NCBI GenBank assembly: GCA_052426225.1
Contig: JBNJNM010000012.1
Span: 2,294,001 to 2,358,000 of the forward strand
Direction of reading: 5' to 3'
Length of the DNA: 64,000 bases
Origin: Zancudomyces culisetae HAW-14-8
Taxonomy: Eukaryota; Fungi; Kickxellomycota
Shown: positions 23,572 through 36,563 of the stretch, in pieces
Numbering within the stretch: the first letter of the stretch is position 1
Layout: each line of letters opens with the position of its first letter
Notes under the pieces: model-generated
Databases searched by the model: none
Seen by the model: only the letters and a program-made list of their open reading frames with translations
What the model was told of the DNA's origin: nothing
Program-made: the position numbers and the translations under genes

Positions 23572-24384
23572 CTAAGCTGAGTCGAAGTCGCCGCCTATTT
23601 TTGCGTTTGATAAGTCTAATTCGGGATGAGCGGCTTGAAACTTTTTTAGAATCGCTTGCTGTTTTAATTGCTCACTTGTTGGTAGTCCTGCTGCCTTTTG
23701 TCTCTGATCAAACTATACACAAAAACAAAACAAAGCAAAAAAAAAAAGAGGTATAGGGAGGGGGTGATTAGATTATTGCGGTACAGATTTGTCAATTTGG
23801 ATTAAAAAAAGTAGGGAAGGGAAATACATTTCTGCAATTGGTATTGACCGTTTAACTATAAAGTATTTGTATGATTTATTTGAGGTTATGTTTAAAATCT
23901 TACCATCATTTTCTCGACCATCGAGCGTGTGTCTGAAGGCAGATCACTCAGCTTTGAATTTTCAGGTTCAATAGCGCTAGTATCAATCTCGACCGCACCT
24001 TGAACCACTGCTTTCCACCACTGCTGTTGATTTTGCTTTTCTAGGTACACGCTCAACATTTTTGAATCTTCTATCGCCCAAGTCGAATCATCAACTCGGA
24101 TAAGTTCAGTCAGTTTTCCTTCGAGGATTATCTCTTTTGTTGCTTTGTAAGAGATTGAGATGAAATCGGCCTTTATGATTACCGCCAAATCCCTTGCCCT
24201 TGTTCCTTGTGGAAGATTTACACTGATTGTAACATCTGAAAGCGTTTGCTTCCATTCATACTTTTCCTCTATTATTGTTTTGAGATTGATATTTTACGAA
24301 TTTAGCAGTTTAAAACTCTCATCACATTTGTAAAATAAAAGTACTGTTATGAAGACAATTACCTACTCTTCCGGTGTTTGACAT
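23572..24384 (-). CDS. nudC: NudC nuclear migration protein / CS-domain co-chaperone (short fungal type)
   Basis: Exons 24384-24363, 24268-23904 and 23712-23572. Motifs [41 protein letters not shown] and [16 protein letters not shown]. Confidence 0.93.
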
Positions 24385-24419
24385 TTCCGGTTACTATCTA
24401 CAGTTGGGTATGCTTATGT

Positions 24420-24773
24420 TTATTCTTTGGGGAAGCTTAGTTTTTTTAATATTTTTCGCTCTTTTGAAATACTCACCAATAGCAAAAAAAAATCGTTGAG
24501 TACTAGAAAAACAACCATAAAAGCTACACTTTGAACAAGAACCCAGAATAAGAACGGGTTTATAGGTACATAAACCAAGAAAAATGGTACAATGGTGGCA
24601 GGTATAATGATAAAAACAAACTTTATATACAAGTAGAAAATCCCTTTTGTGCTTTTCCAAGCAACACCAACAATAAACACAGATAGAGCTAGAATGGAGT
24701 GATAAATCAATGCGTACCAGCTTTTGCGGCTGAGCTGACCGCCAGTGGTGATGAAGATACTCGTTTTAGACAT
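24420..24773 (-). CDS. Hypothetical small multi-pass membrane protein (possibly the last exon of a longer gene)
   Basis: 117-aa ORF with about 3 hydrophobic segments and a basic tail. The frame is open upstream to an aatag acceptor near 24813. T-rich DNA could mimic this. Confidence 0.35.
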   Translation of the reverse strand: MSKTSIFITTGGQLSRKSWYALIYHSILALSVFIVGVAWKSTKGIFYLYIKFVFIIIPATIVPFFLVYVPINPFLFWVLVQSVAFMVVFLVLNDFFLLLVSISKERKILKKLSFPKE

Positions 24774-27700
24774 TATCTGATCCTGATTTTGCGACTGACA
24801 AGGACAGACTAATCCCTATTCAGTTTTGAAGATAGTTGACCAAAACAGAGCAAGTTTCTTTATTTTTTTTTGATAATATCTGATAACTGAGTCAGTTAAA
24901 GAGTCATAATACCCAGTACAATACCCAAGTATATTAATGTTCAAGTTATTGTTGTGATATTTTTAGTACCAACCTGTGGTAGATATGGAAAGTTGTGAAA
25001 GTATACAAGAAAGTCCAAGTCAGGGGCGGAAAGAATATATTTTTTTAATTATGGTTATAGTCTGATATATACTAGTTAGCTTGGATGCAACTGAAGAGTA
25101 ATCGACATCTAGGCTTTAGCATATCGTATTTACTAGTTAGCGTTTTGTGTTTTGCGTTTTGTTTAACACATAAAAATTGATACCTGGGCGTATTTAACAT
25201 TTCATGGTGCTTGGTGTGTTGAATATCACTGATTTTTAAACGATTCTTTTTGCTACTTATTACCATGAAAAAAAAAAGAAATAGGACAAAAATTAAGCAC
25301 TGTGTGACCGGGAACACATGGCCAGTTGGTTTATAGGTGTAAGACCATCCTGTCTTATAATTGTATAACATATTCCTTAGCGTATAACAAGCCTTAAATA
25401 AAATGGTGGAAAATACAACATTGCAGCATTTAGTACAGACGAAAATGGAATTACATCTACAATCAATGGTAGTGCTTTCAATTAAAACATGTTGTAATTT
25501 TGTTTTGTTTTTTTATCAAGTTGGGTCGTTTTTATAGAAATTGGCCAAAATTAACCATAAAAGTGTGTCAAAGCAATTGAGAGATGACAGAACCATAATC
25601 TGTGATACTTCAGAATTACCAAAGGAACGCTGGTGCAGACAAAAAAGTGGTAAACAGTTGTTTGTCTCTGCTCGCTCTAATAAATATTTTAGCGGATATA
25701 AATCCTACCACTAAAAGATAGTTATCTCTTCCTTCTTTTTATCGGAGTTAATAACATGGTAAAGGTTTGTGTCTTTCCAAAACAACAAAAGTAATGATAC
25801 TTTGCACAAACTTTGTTTCTGATCATGTTCCATTCACATTTAAGATTTCACTGGATGCTAGGGCGGTGACTGTGGGGATGTGTTTGAGTTTACATGGATA
25901 AGATACCTTTGAACAAACTAAACTGTTTTTATGAACACGCCAGTAGCTTAAAAAGCAATATCCTTTGATCACAAGACGTCCGCAGTGGTGTGTTTAGGCT
26001 GATCCGAGAAAACAAAAAGCGGAGTTTAGTTGATAAAACATTTTGGATGTTATATCTTCTCCCAACACCTGGTTAGCATTTCCGCATGATAAACAAACAT
26101 TGGTTCAATGTCTTGCAGTGTTTCTGTGCCCTTCTCTCAAAAAATGGGCAGTTTTATATTTTCAGGGGGTGCAACCTGTATTGATTTGGTTCATCCTTTG
26201 ATTACGTAAAAAAGCTTGATATAGTTTTCAGATTTGCAAGATACAAAAAAATTACTTTCACACATTTATTTGACCCCCCGAAGCTCCCTATTATATTTGT
26301 CTATTTACTTAGTTGCCATTTATTGAAGACAAACAAAATACTTTCTATGCAACTACAGGTTAATTTTAAAGAGTTGGGCCTGTTTTCTTTATTTTTTTCT
26401 CGAGCAGCATAAGAAGGTTCGCTATTGTGTACTTATACTTTTGAAGCAGAAAAATTGAAATGTTAGGATCGTGATTTACCAATTCGATGGTTATTTAATG
26501 GTTTTTACTTTTATTCGTTTATTTGCTTGTTATACACATATATATATTTTATTTGCCTTAATTTTAAGTTACGATTCTAGTTAATTCTGAAAAGCACAAA
26601 ACTAATGGAAAACAAATTTCATCGCTTGAATAATTGGATGTAAGCTTATATTGCTTATTAATTAACAATATCCAAGCACCTATTACATCAAAAATTCATT
26701 AGCTGGGACCAAGCTCATAAATTAATAGATACAATGATTTATCCTTTTAAAACATGTTTTATATAAACAAAGTACTCGGTTTTATTTAAATTAAAACCAT
26801 TCAACTTACGACGTTACAATCGTACACGAAACCATGAGTAGTAAGATTTAATGGCAAGAATAAGCCTACTTAATTATACTTTTTTAGAAAATTGGTGGCA
26901 ACAACCAGAAAATAGATAAATGGCTAGTTAAGAGGAACGTGTTCTGATGACTCTGGCTAATATTTAACAGGTACACAATTCCCCACTCCTACTCCTACTC
27001 CCGCCCTTCAACCCCTCCAGGCAGTACTATTTGAAGAATATGCGGAGTTTTGTGGGCGAGTGTGTTAAAGGAACAAGCAAATATCGGCGAATATGGGTGA
27101 ATGTTATTGCATGTAGTTGCATCTGGTTAAAATAGCTCATTTAGATATAGAATTTAAAAAAAAGATATCCTGGAAAGTCCTCTCACCTCAAACACAAAGT
27201 CAAACTAATCAAAGTACCAGTGCAAACTCATTTAATAGTTCTAGTTTGAGATTTTTCTCAGTTTTAAAGGCTCATTTGAGAACAACTTTGTTTTGTTATT
27301 TGATGAGGGCGCAAGCTCAAGAAGTAAAAACTTGTCTAAAAAAAAGTACCAATGTGAACTTGTAGTATCCAAGTATACACACTCTATCGTACAAACTTTA
27401 ACTTTTGTTTTTTTGTTTTTTATAGTTCATTGGTTAACCCCCAACATAATAGACATACCAATGTTGTGATATGTCTTGAGTTGCGTTTTTAAGTTTAGCT
27501 AGAGTTGTTGATTTGAAAAACACTTGCGTTTTATGTGACTAAGAAATACATGTAATTCTAAATGTAATATCTGTTGTTACAATTAGGTAACAATTTGGAA
27601 CGAAATCAAAATCAACTCTGACCTAAAATGCTATTTGCGTAAGTGAAAAACAAACAAGCAGGGTGAAAATAAAAACCTATTTGAAGTTCTGCCTGCTTGT

Positions 27701-28925
27701 TTAGTGGTTTCCAGGCAAACACAAGAAGATTTTCTTAAAACAGGCCCCTCAATAACTGATTAAAAAATTCTGAGCCTTTTCAACCTTTCCAAAATTCAAA
27801 ATGGAAATAGAAATCAGTCACAATGTAGCACGAATGTCAAATATTCGAAAATAAAAATTTAATTATTGCCAATCACAAATACGCTCAATTAATATTAATG
27901 ATTTGTAAAGAACAGTTCTAATATGGGCATTAATATAGGTGTTAAGAGTCAGTTACCAAGATAGGCTTTTCTATTGCATTAAACTTTCTAGTTTGCTGCG
28001 AACCTGATATAGCGCAAAAATATCAAAAAAAAAAACGAAAACAAAAACAACAAAAACAAAATCACATCCCACATCCCACATAAAGAGTGTCTCTTATTCT
28101 TCGATGAAAAAAGATATTATATATTTGATGCTAATACATTGATTGTATTATTTTTAAACAAACTCGCTTTTAAGGTTATCAAGATTAATACCAAAACGAA
28201 GTATAGCCTTAAAAAGAACAACAAGTGCTTTTCGAATAAAAGTGGTATTATATTTGATGGTCTAAACAAAAAAAAATATCCATAGGTCGGCCTTTTAACG
28301 AAATAAATAAGTCTATGTAACGATATATATAACATTGGTCACACAACATTAACGCATTATATAACAGCCTAACATTAACGCTTGAAACGAACGCAATATC
28401 TAACAGCCTAATATACGCCTTTGTATACAAGAAACGTAAAGAAAATACCAGTCAAAACACCAAAGTATAATAATAAAAAGGAATAAAAAACTGAACAACG
28501 CCAACTACCCAAGCATTTAACGAATATCGATCTTTTTATGCCGTATAATATATTAAACAAAAGATAATAGCCAAATAATATAAAAGAAACCCAAGAAAGA
28601 GCAAGGAGAGAAAATAAAGAGGTAAAATCCACCAGAAGAACTACCTCTTACAGAACTGCGCTTTTCCAGATATAACTGTATGCAGCGCTTATAAATTACC
28701 TTTTCACTCAACTATGGTGTAGCATCAGTGATAGCGTATACTATCTTTACTAACTACTTGAAAAGAACTTTTCTTTTTAGCCTTTCTAAAGTCCGAGAAA
28801 AAAAGGAAGGAAAATAACCATTAATTATAGTAAAGACAATTATAATATTAAACCATTTATCAACGTACGTCTACTTGATATTAAGAACTACTTTATTGTA
28901 AGATTCAAAAGAATAATGCCACATT

Positions 28926-31478
28926 ATGTTAAAAGCGATAAACAAGATATTTAATGGGAAAAAAGAGCGGAATAGGAGCTCTGGGAACATAGAAATAAAT
29001 GTAGCGGATTCCCGTAAACATCCTGAAATAGAGATCCAAAAAAACACCAGCAATGTAGCCATCGAAAAAAACATTAGTCGGATTGCACCCGCCGAGCATA
29101 ACAAGGCCACAAGTGCGCCTAACACAGTATCGAAAAAAGGATTCTCTAAAAATAAAACGCTGGTGTCAATGATCGCAAAAGAAAAGAAAGGTCAAGTATT
29201 TTACCTATATGGTAAAAATAATGAAGAAAAGGATAAAAATAACAATGGCCCAGATGAAAGCTGCGATCCCAAAGAGTATTACAACAAAACATTGACTCCG
29301 ACATTTGGAGAAAATAAAAAAAATAGAATGGCACTTAATAAAAAGAGTCAAACCAAAAAGCCAAAAACAGGTAATATCGATGATAATTGGGTGTATTTAA
29401 TTACTTTAAAGCCAAATGGAAACCAAGCAGACCCACAGTCAAACATACCAAAAAAAGCAAATAATGAAGACGACGAGCAGGTTCGGGTTGTTAAAAAAAC
29501 TGATCTTAATGGCATGAACGATTATTATGAGCAACTCGTCAATGCACTTCAAACTGATCCAAACTCCAGTATAGCTATGCCAGAAACACTAAATGATACC
29601 AGTAGTACATTAACAGTGAATAGACAGTATGAATATATAGAGGTCTTACCACTTAATGAGTTAAATCTAAAGAGACACAATAAGATAAACCCACCAATGA
29701 ACGAGTCCAAGTATCGACGTGTATTAAACTACGCAAATGCCCAAAGAAAGAACTATATTCGTGACACTAATAAGGTACTTTGGGACTGGCAACATAAATA
29801 TAGTAACATGGATCTGACAGCATCTTTTGAAAAGGATTCCGAGGTTGAAGATAGAGTAAGAGTGGTATTGGGGGGTATTACACTGGATAGTGACTTTGCT
29901 AGAGAAACAATTCAAGTGTTGAAGGATTTGGATAATATTTATCGCGGATTGTATTATGCAGAAAATGTTGGCTACGCATACTCTGGAGCCGAGTATGACC
30001 ATAATGCATACTCCACGATGAACAGTTCGGAAACAGCAGGGTTAGATGGCTACATGTATTCGCCAGACCGATATAACCTTACCTCCAAGTTCAATACTGG
30101 CACAAATTACTATCATGTTGGTGGCGATATGTACAGAGCTGGAAAAAACTTCAACACCATAGGATACAAACGAGGAAATACATTGTTCAATGAGACAAAT
30201 ATAATGGGGATGTTCGATCCAAAACTAGACAATGAACAGGCAGTTGGAATACTCGACCAGGGTAGATTTAAAGGTCAGCATATGGGATCTAATTTCGGCA
30301 CAGTTACTGACAGCAGTTTGCGTGTTAATGGGTTTAATGATGCTGGGAGCGTAGAACTAAGAATGTATGCAAGCCACAATGAATTACATGCTAATCATAA
30401 CATGGGTAAGAACACCATAGGTAAGAGCAGCAATCTACACTATCCCAAAAACAGTGTTAGAGGAATAGATTCAGTGCAATATAGTGATACGCCTGGGGCA
30501 CAATTCGGTCAGTATGGTAATCTTCCTCTTGCCATTCAGGTGGCTCAAACTCACAATTTATCTAATAATCACGGCTTGGTAGCCTTACAAAACACTGTTC
30601 ACAAAAGTACAACTGATATTAATAGCATTAACAACACCAGTGCCAATAATAACAACGACACCCGCGGTAGTAGCGGTGAACGTGGAAAAACCGCACTCAA
30701 GTTGAATGAAAAAATCAGCTATACTAACCCTGATGTGTTACGACCTGGGAGCAACAGTTTTAGTGATGAAATGCCACTTTCTTGCTTACTGAACCACCAC
30801 ATGAATTCTAATACAAATCTTGCTAACACAGCAGCAAGGGGTGTTACCAATACCCAGCTGGCTAGTAGAGCACATGAAGTTGATATAGTACTCGAGCCTG
30901 TAGAACATAACACATCACCTAAAAGGCCGAAGACCTGTGCAGGATTATTCAAAAACGATGCTGGACCCGTACCAAGCATTCAACCCACTAAAAATGAGAA
31001 CGCACATTGTACATGTGGAAATAATGACAGCAGTAACACCAGGAGACATGGATCATACAGACATACAGATACAAATGCTAGGGAGAGTGTTAACGGTATA
31101 AATGCTCATCCCTATTTAAGCGAGACCAATTTACCTACTCGGGTCACAAACCAGGCTAACGGCATTAGAACAAACCTTTCGACCATCTCCGACCTTCAGA
31201 AACCCAGGAGCCATCCAAAAGCACTCACTGAAATCCCATTCACCTTCTCATTGCAACAAAGCGCCTCTCCCTTGCCTGAAACCATGAAACCTCCAGGTGA
31301 GCTTTTTTTATCCAAGAGATCAACACGCATAGCTGATGAGAAGCAATCGAACTCTGTATACTGTCAATCTCCAGTATATGCCTCCACCCACAACCTCACT
31401 GCATCACCTGCCAGAGGTGAATCATGTATAGGCTCGCTCAAAAAGAGACGCGTTATTAGCCTTCATACCTTACAATAA
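28926..31478 (+). CDS. Hypothetical 850-aa N/S/T-rich, largely disordered protein
   Basis: Long intronless ORF in AT-rich DNA. One ordered-looking block (IEVLPLNELNLKRHN...RRVLNY...RGLYYAE); no family recognised. Confidence 0.8.
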   Translation: MLKAINKIFNGKKERNRSSGNIEINVADSRKHPEIEIQKNTSNVAIEKNISRIAPAEHNKATSAPNTVSKKGFSKNKTLVSMIAKEKKGQVFYLYGKNNEEKDKNNNGPDESCDPKEYYNKTLTPTFGENKKNRMALNKKSQTKKPKTGNIDDNWVYLITLKPNGNQADPQSNIPKKANNEDDEQVRVVKKTDLNGMNDYYEQLVNALQTDPNSSIAMPETLNDTSSTLTVNRQYEYIEVLPLNELNLKRHNKINPPMNESKYRRVLNYANAQRKNYIRDTNKVLWDWQHKYSNMDLTASFEKDSEVEDRVRVVLGGITLDSDFARETIQVLKDLDNIYRGLYYAENVGYAYSGAEYDHNAYSTMNSSETAGLDGYMYSPDRYNLTSKFNTGTNYYHVGGDMYRAGKNFNTIGYKRGNTLFNETNIMGMFDPKLDNEQAVGILDQGRFKGQHMGSNFGTVTDSSLRVNGFNDAGSVELRMYASHNELHANHNMGKNTIGKSSNLHYPKNSVRGIDSVQYSDTPGAQFGQYGNLPLAIQVAQTHNLSNNHGLVALQNTVHKSTTDINSINNTSANNNNDTRGSSGERGKTALKLNEKISYTNPDVLRPGSNSFSDEMPLSCLLNHHMNSNTNLANTAARGVTNTQLASRAHEVDIVLEPVEHNTSPKRPKTCAGLFKNDAGPVPSIQPTKNENAHCTCGNNDSSNTRRHGSYRHTDTNARESVNGINAHPYLSETNLPTRVTNQANGIRTNLSTISDLQKPRSHPKALTEIPFTFSLQQSASPLPETMKPPGELFLSKRSTRIADEKQSNSVYCQSPVYASTHNLTASPARGESCIGSLKKRRVISLHTLQ

Positions 31479-33649
31479 CTGTTATTGTATTTTTGAAAGG
31501 TTTTATAGTGGTTAATTGAATTTGTATTTAAAGATTTTTATTTATTACTCTATCTATATTCTGTGTCTTTCTTTTATTTTTTTGCTTTTGAGCTGGTTTA
31601 TTGCTTGAGAAATAAACGGTTTTCAGTATTATGGTGTGGTCATCCAACAGTACGCAATTTACTTGTGCTAGCCGTACCACATTTATTTTTTCTTCATTGA
31701 GAGTCCAAACCTAGATTTGTGCGGATAGCTCAATGTTAGCATGTGGAAGCTAATAACGCAGGTTTTTCTAATGATTTCACTACCCTCTTAACTTTTAAAA
31801 TGCAAAGTTTATTATGTTGAGGTTTATTTAGGAAGAAAAAGGAAAGAATGGTGGTGGTAAAGGTAAAGGTAAAGGTAAAATAAAACGATTCGTTTTTATC
31901 ATATTTGTACTTTTTTCTATTATAATATGATGTCATAATACATGTCATAAAAGACTAATAGAAAAAACCTTATTATAAATATATTTGATACGTTACTTTT
32001 TCCCTACCACATCGGTATTTACAATTGCAAAATTTTATCCAGAAACAGAGTACACATCTCGAATTAACAGGCAGAACAAACGAAAATAAGAGAGTATGCT
32101 TTTTTGTATTAGATTTAAGATTTACTGTTGAAGTTAAACGGGGAAATGTTGCCCCTCTTTATTTGTGTCATTCGCGTTGGCCACCCAAAGGTTGTCGCTT
32201 ATTCATAATTCAGTGAGTTATAGACATGTTTTCGGCTGGAATAAAATATCCGAAATGTGGATCCGAATTATAGCTAGATATCCATTTTTTTGCTGATGTC
32301 ACTGATTTGGCAACCAAATGGGTTATGAGTGCTAATGAGAAGTAATGTGTGATCGCCAATAAATCTTGCGAATCTAAAATTAACCCAGAGTAATGTTCAA
32401 GATTATTATTCTCGATTGACCACTGAAGAAGGAAGATGAGAGAAGTGTGATGAGGAAGTGAGGAATGGGGGGGGGGTAGCTTGGATATAATTACAAAGCT
32501 GAGCTAAAATAGCACCTTGGTGTTGGTTTATAAATGCCATATTGGAGAAAAATACAAGAAGATCATCATGGTGTTTTGAATGTGCATGCCCACATTTAAT
32601 TTATTTATTTCCTCAGCTTTCCACAAAAATTCAAACTAAAAAAACCCTACAAGAATGGTTGCTCTAATCAATGTACTATATCATTCAAATTCAGGTATTG
32701 TAATTATCGAATTTTTATACTTCTAGTTTGCATCTTTAAAAATCAAAAGCTTGTAATACTGGACCTTTGTTTATCAAGTTTATTAGAGAAAAATAAACCT
32801 GTTTAGGAAATGGTAAATATAAACTTTACATGAGTATTATGATTGTTAGCTAAAAAATAGTTGAAAGTGTAGAATAGGAGGTATATTGATTAACCTGGAG
32901 TACCCGTTAATCTAATACAAATTATAATCACAATCACAAGCTATAGTGAACAACAAGAGAGCAGAAGAACAAATTAAAATGAATTGTAAACTCGTTTTAG
33001 TCAATTACCCTTTGTTTTTGCATCTTTGCATTTTTCTCTCCCCTCATCTAAAAACTGGGTATCGAAATTTAGTAGCAAAAATAAACAAAATGTAAAAGCA
33101 TTTATTTTTGTTGAAATGAAGCAATCTTATAGCAAATGGATTAGCCAGAATTATGCCAAGGGAGAGGGGGATTACTTTATCCGTTAGTTTAATCTACTTT
33201 ATCATTTGCCCTAGTTTTTTATTTTTCACACTATTTCTAAATTCTAGTTATTTGTGCCTGTTTTTATTATTTTTACCAACAATGCCAAACAATCATTTTA
33301 ATTTAGATGAAAAAGGATTAAAGGACTGAAGGGAGTTAAAAATGGGCTAATAGCTTGCTAAATAAAGAAAAAACGTGTGTTGATACTAGTTACGGATAAA
33401 CTGTTGATATCTATAAATACAAACTCCAGAATGTACGTTTGATATTTAAATGGTTTCTGTTTTTTTATTATTCGTGCTATTCCTCATTGATAATCCTTTC
33501 ATCATTTGTGTTCGCTTAACATACATAAAGCAGTTACTTACCCAAGAAATCCCATTTATATTTCAGCGATATTTTATTAAAAGTGTTATAGCCGAGAGTA
33601 GTAAGAGTAACAATACCAGCAACAACAGATACCACTAGAGTGATAGATC

Positions 33650-34084
33650 ATGGCTTTGTATTTTAGACAACCACAAAAAAGACATTTCCTTATTAAAATA
33701 TCAGAGAAATTGGACGAAGTGATCTCATATAGTCTCCGCTGTATACAATGTAATAAAAAAACAAGAGGTGGATCGTACTGCAGTTTTGACTGCTATGAAA
33801 ACCGGAAAATTTTACAAAAGTGTGTCAAGGGCATACTGGATGAAGACAGCAAAAGCACAAATGGACTAAAGGGTTCAATGTATAAATCCTCGATGACGTT
33901 TAGTAGCTCGACGTTGTACGAAGATGATATCTCTAAAAGTAATTATAAAACCATAGAAGAAACAATTTCGAGGGCATACAATGCAGGGACTTTTGTAAGC
34001 AGGCGACAGAACAACGCTATAGAAGGCCTTTTTAAGAAAGTATCAAGGCGGTTTAGTGTGAGGGCGATCAATACTTATAGCTAA
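33650..34084 (+). CDS. Ecl1/2/3-like small zinc-binding protein
   Basis: CIQCNKKTRGGSYCSFDC fits the Ecl1 CxxC-x(n)-YCSxxC pattern and is followed by a Ser-rich tail. Confidence 0.6.
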   Translation: MALYFRQPQKRHFLIKISEKLDEVISYSLRCIQCNKKTRGGSYCSFDCYENRKILQKCVKGILDEDSKSTNGLKGSMYKSSMTFSSSTLYEDDISKSNYKTIEETISRAYNAGTFVSRRQNNAIEGLFKKVSRRFSVRAINTYS

Positions 34085-34178
34085 TGGAATCGCCAGTACT
34101 CACAACCATCTTCCTCATTTTTGGTTCTCCTCTTTTTCTATTATATTTTTTATTTTGTTAACTGGATAGTGAGATTCA

Positions 34179-34204
34179 GGTAGTAGTAGTAGTAGTAGTA
34201 GTAG
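34179..34204. repeat. (GTA)n microsatellite
   Basis: Tandem gta units seen directly. Confidence 0.9.
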
Positions 34205-34541
34205 CTAATACTTTGATCAGAGGTAAAGAGGAGAAGGTACAAGCTTTGTAGTTTTAAAAACATAATTTATGTTAGAATAAAAAACAGATTATTAAATAGC
34301 CTTCAAAGGGTAGGGAATGTAATATCGAAAGTATAAGCAGTAGCCATGTTCTCAGTTCAAGGGGTTTTTCTTTTAAAAAAAAGTTAATGGTGCTGAGCGC
34401 TCGCTATAGTACCAGCAATTATTATACTGGGCATACAGAAAAACACTATGGTAGATAAAAACGCGTTAAGCTTCATTGGTTAAGTACAAATTCGCTGCTT
34501 TGAATATATTGGATCACTTTTTAAAACTCATTAAAAAGCTG

Positions 34542-36563
34542 TTATTTGTTTGTGATCCGTCCATCATTAATATAATACCATTTGTTAACTACAATTACAA
34601 TTACAAAACAAGGGTTGTGTTAGGGCAAAGGCTTAGTAGCATAAGCAAAAACATGCTCACGTGTGGATATAAAGAATACATAAAGTAAATGTTATGTTAG
34701 TATACAGATAGGATGGGTACTTACCATTTCCCTGGTCGCGAGCTTCAAGCGATCCATGCTGCTATAAATTCAAAGATACAAACAAGTTATAATTGCACTA
34801 CTTAAAAAAGAGTAGCCTCACAAAAATGAACAGACAAAAATCAATAAAAATAATTATTGTTATTTGAGGGTGCTGATAAATACGCATAACCCATCCGTAC
34901 CTTTTCTGATAGATTCAGCTCATACTGAAAGGAATTAGTAACAGATTCATTTTTCAGCATACCGAATTTTCTATTTCCAAAACAGATATAATAATGTTAG
35001 TGCGAAATATCGTTTAAAAAAAAGCACACAATATATTTGAAAGTATAGTATCCAAAAAATACAGAGAAAGAGAGGGTATATGAATATGAATATTTACTCT
35101 TGATTTGCAGGCAAAGATATAAGTGATTTCCAGGAAAGATGAGACTCTTCGATCACTGACAGAGCAAAATCCTAATACACAAAAATTGATCCAATGTAAG
35201 GATGTATATAATAATAAATGTTGCGTCTATACTCATGAATTATGATTAGTTACCACATCCTTTGCTTGACCTTCCAAACCCCATGAGTTTTTTGGTTTCC
35301 CATCAGGAATCTTGTAATCGGTAAACCAGTTCTTTGTAGCAGACAGCAGCCCAGGAAAAACTGATTCAAGATCCCCAACACTACGAACGTTGTTGGAGAT
35401 CGGATCGTTTACATCAATGGCAATTATTTTCCAATCGGTCTCGTCTAAAAGGTGAAATTTACAAAAAAAAAGCAAAATAAATCAAGTGTAGATCAACAAG
35501 GCAAGTTCAGAATGAGAATAAACCAAAGGGTAATAACACCAAGATTGTAAGTATCGCATTGATCTCGAAACTGGTAGCAGAAAAGATATTTTTTTTTATA
35601 CAAGTGAAGATATTAAAGATTGGGTACCTCCATCAATCAGACAAACTGTGCCTAAGATTTTGACTTTTTTTATTTCTCCCAAGACACCTAGTTTCGATCC
35701 GATTTCTATTACATCCACAGGATCACCATCACCAATGCATCCAGTAAACTTGTCCTTAGTTTCTGGATCTTCGTAAGTCTAATTAATTATTGCTAGAGCC
35801 GCTTTAGTGATGTTTTCCTAAAAGAGGAAAAAAATAGAACAAGTAGCAGAATAAAAAGTGATAAAAAAGAGAGGAGAATTATATCTTGATAATAAAGTGT
35901 AAAAAGGGTACAAGAAAATCGAAAAAAAAATACCTGTGGAAGAGCACCATAGTTCCAAATATAACCCTTGTAAGGGAAAATATCATGTACAAATCTTGGC
36001 TTTCCGTTTTTCTGATCTTGAACGATGGGATTTCCGTATTCTTTTTTGTTTATCTAGTTTAATAAAAAAGCTCCAAGTTATATATAACAATTCATACCTA
36101 CTTTGTGCCCTTCTTTTGACAAGTTGTTTAAAAAAGGAAGTAGGAAAGCTAGAATGTGAAATGTGTAATTTATACCTCATTTTTTGCATTTGTCCATCTT
36201 GGTATTTCAACAACCATATTAAAAACGTTCTTTTCATCTGATGGTCTCAAGGGAACGTCATGCCAAAACGATTTTAGTTTCGAATCTTGTACTATTGCAA
36301 AAACAGATTGTTAGTTCCTGTTGAAACTGGTGTATTATTTGAATGTAGGGTAATACGTTAAATTAACTAGATAAAAGCATGTATAAAGTAATTGTGTGTT
36401 ATGGGTTGTAGACGGATGTAATTTTAGAGGATATCTTACGCAAATACGTCTTGTTGTCACTAGTCACACCGATTTTGTGGGAAATTGGGCGGGTGCTGAT
36501 TAAGTTGCCATAACTTTTACAATTGAATGGGGCTACTCTGCCCAATTTGAAAGCCTGATTCAT
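34542..36563 (-). CDS. Family I inorganic pyrophosphatase, probably mitochondrial (PPA2-like), 9 exons
   Basis: The spliced product contains [73 protein letters not shown] and terminal NKWYY. The basic N-terminus looks like a presequence, and all introns are GT-AG. Confidence 0.93.

Noticed and set aside
25000-28900. Possible pseudogene or ncRNA in a long spacer
   Set aside because: The short ORFs have AT-biased composition and no recognisable domain or long helix.
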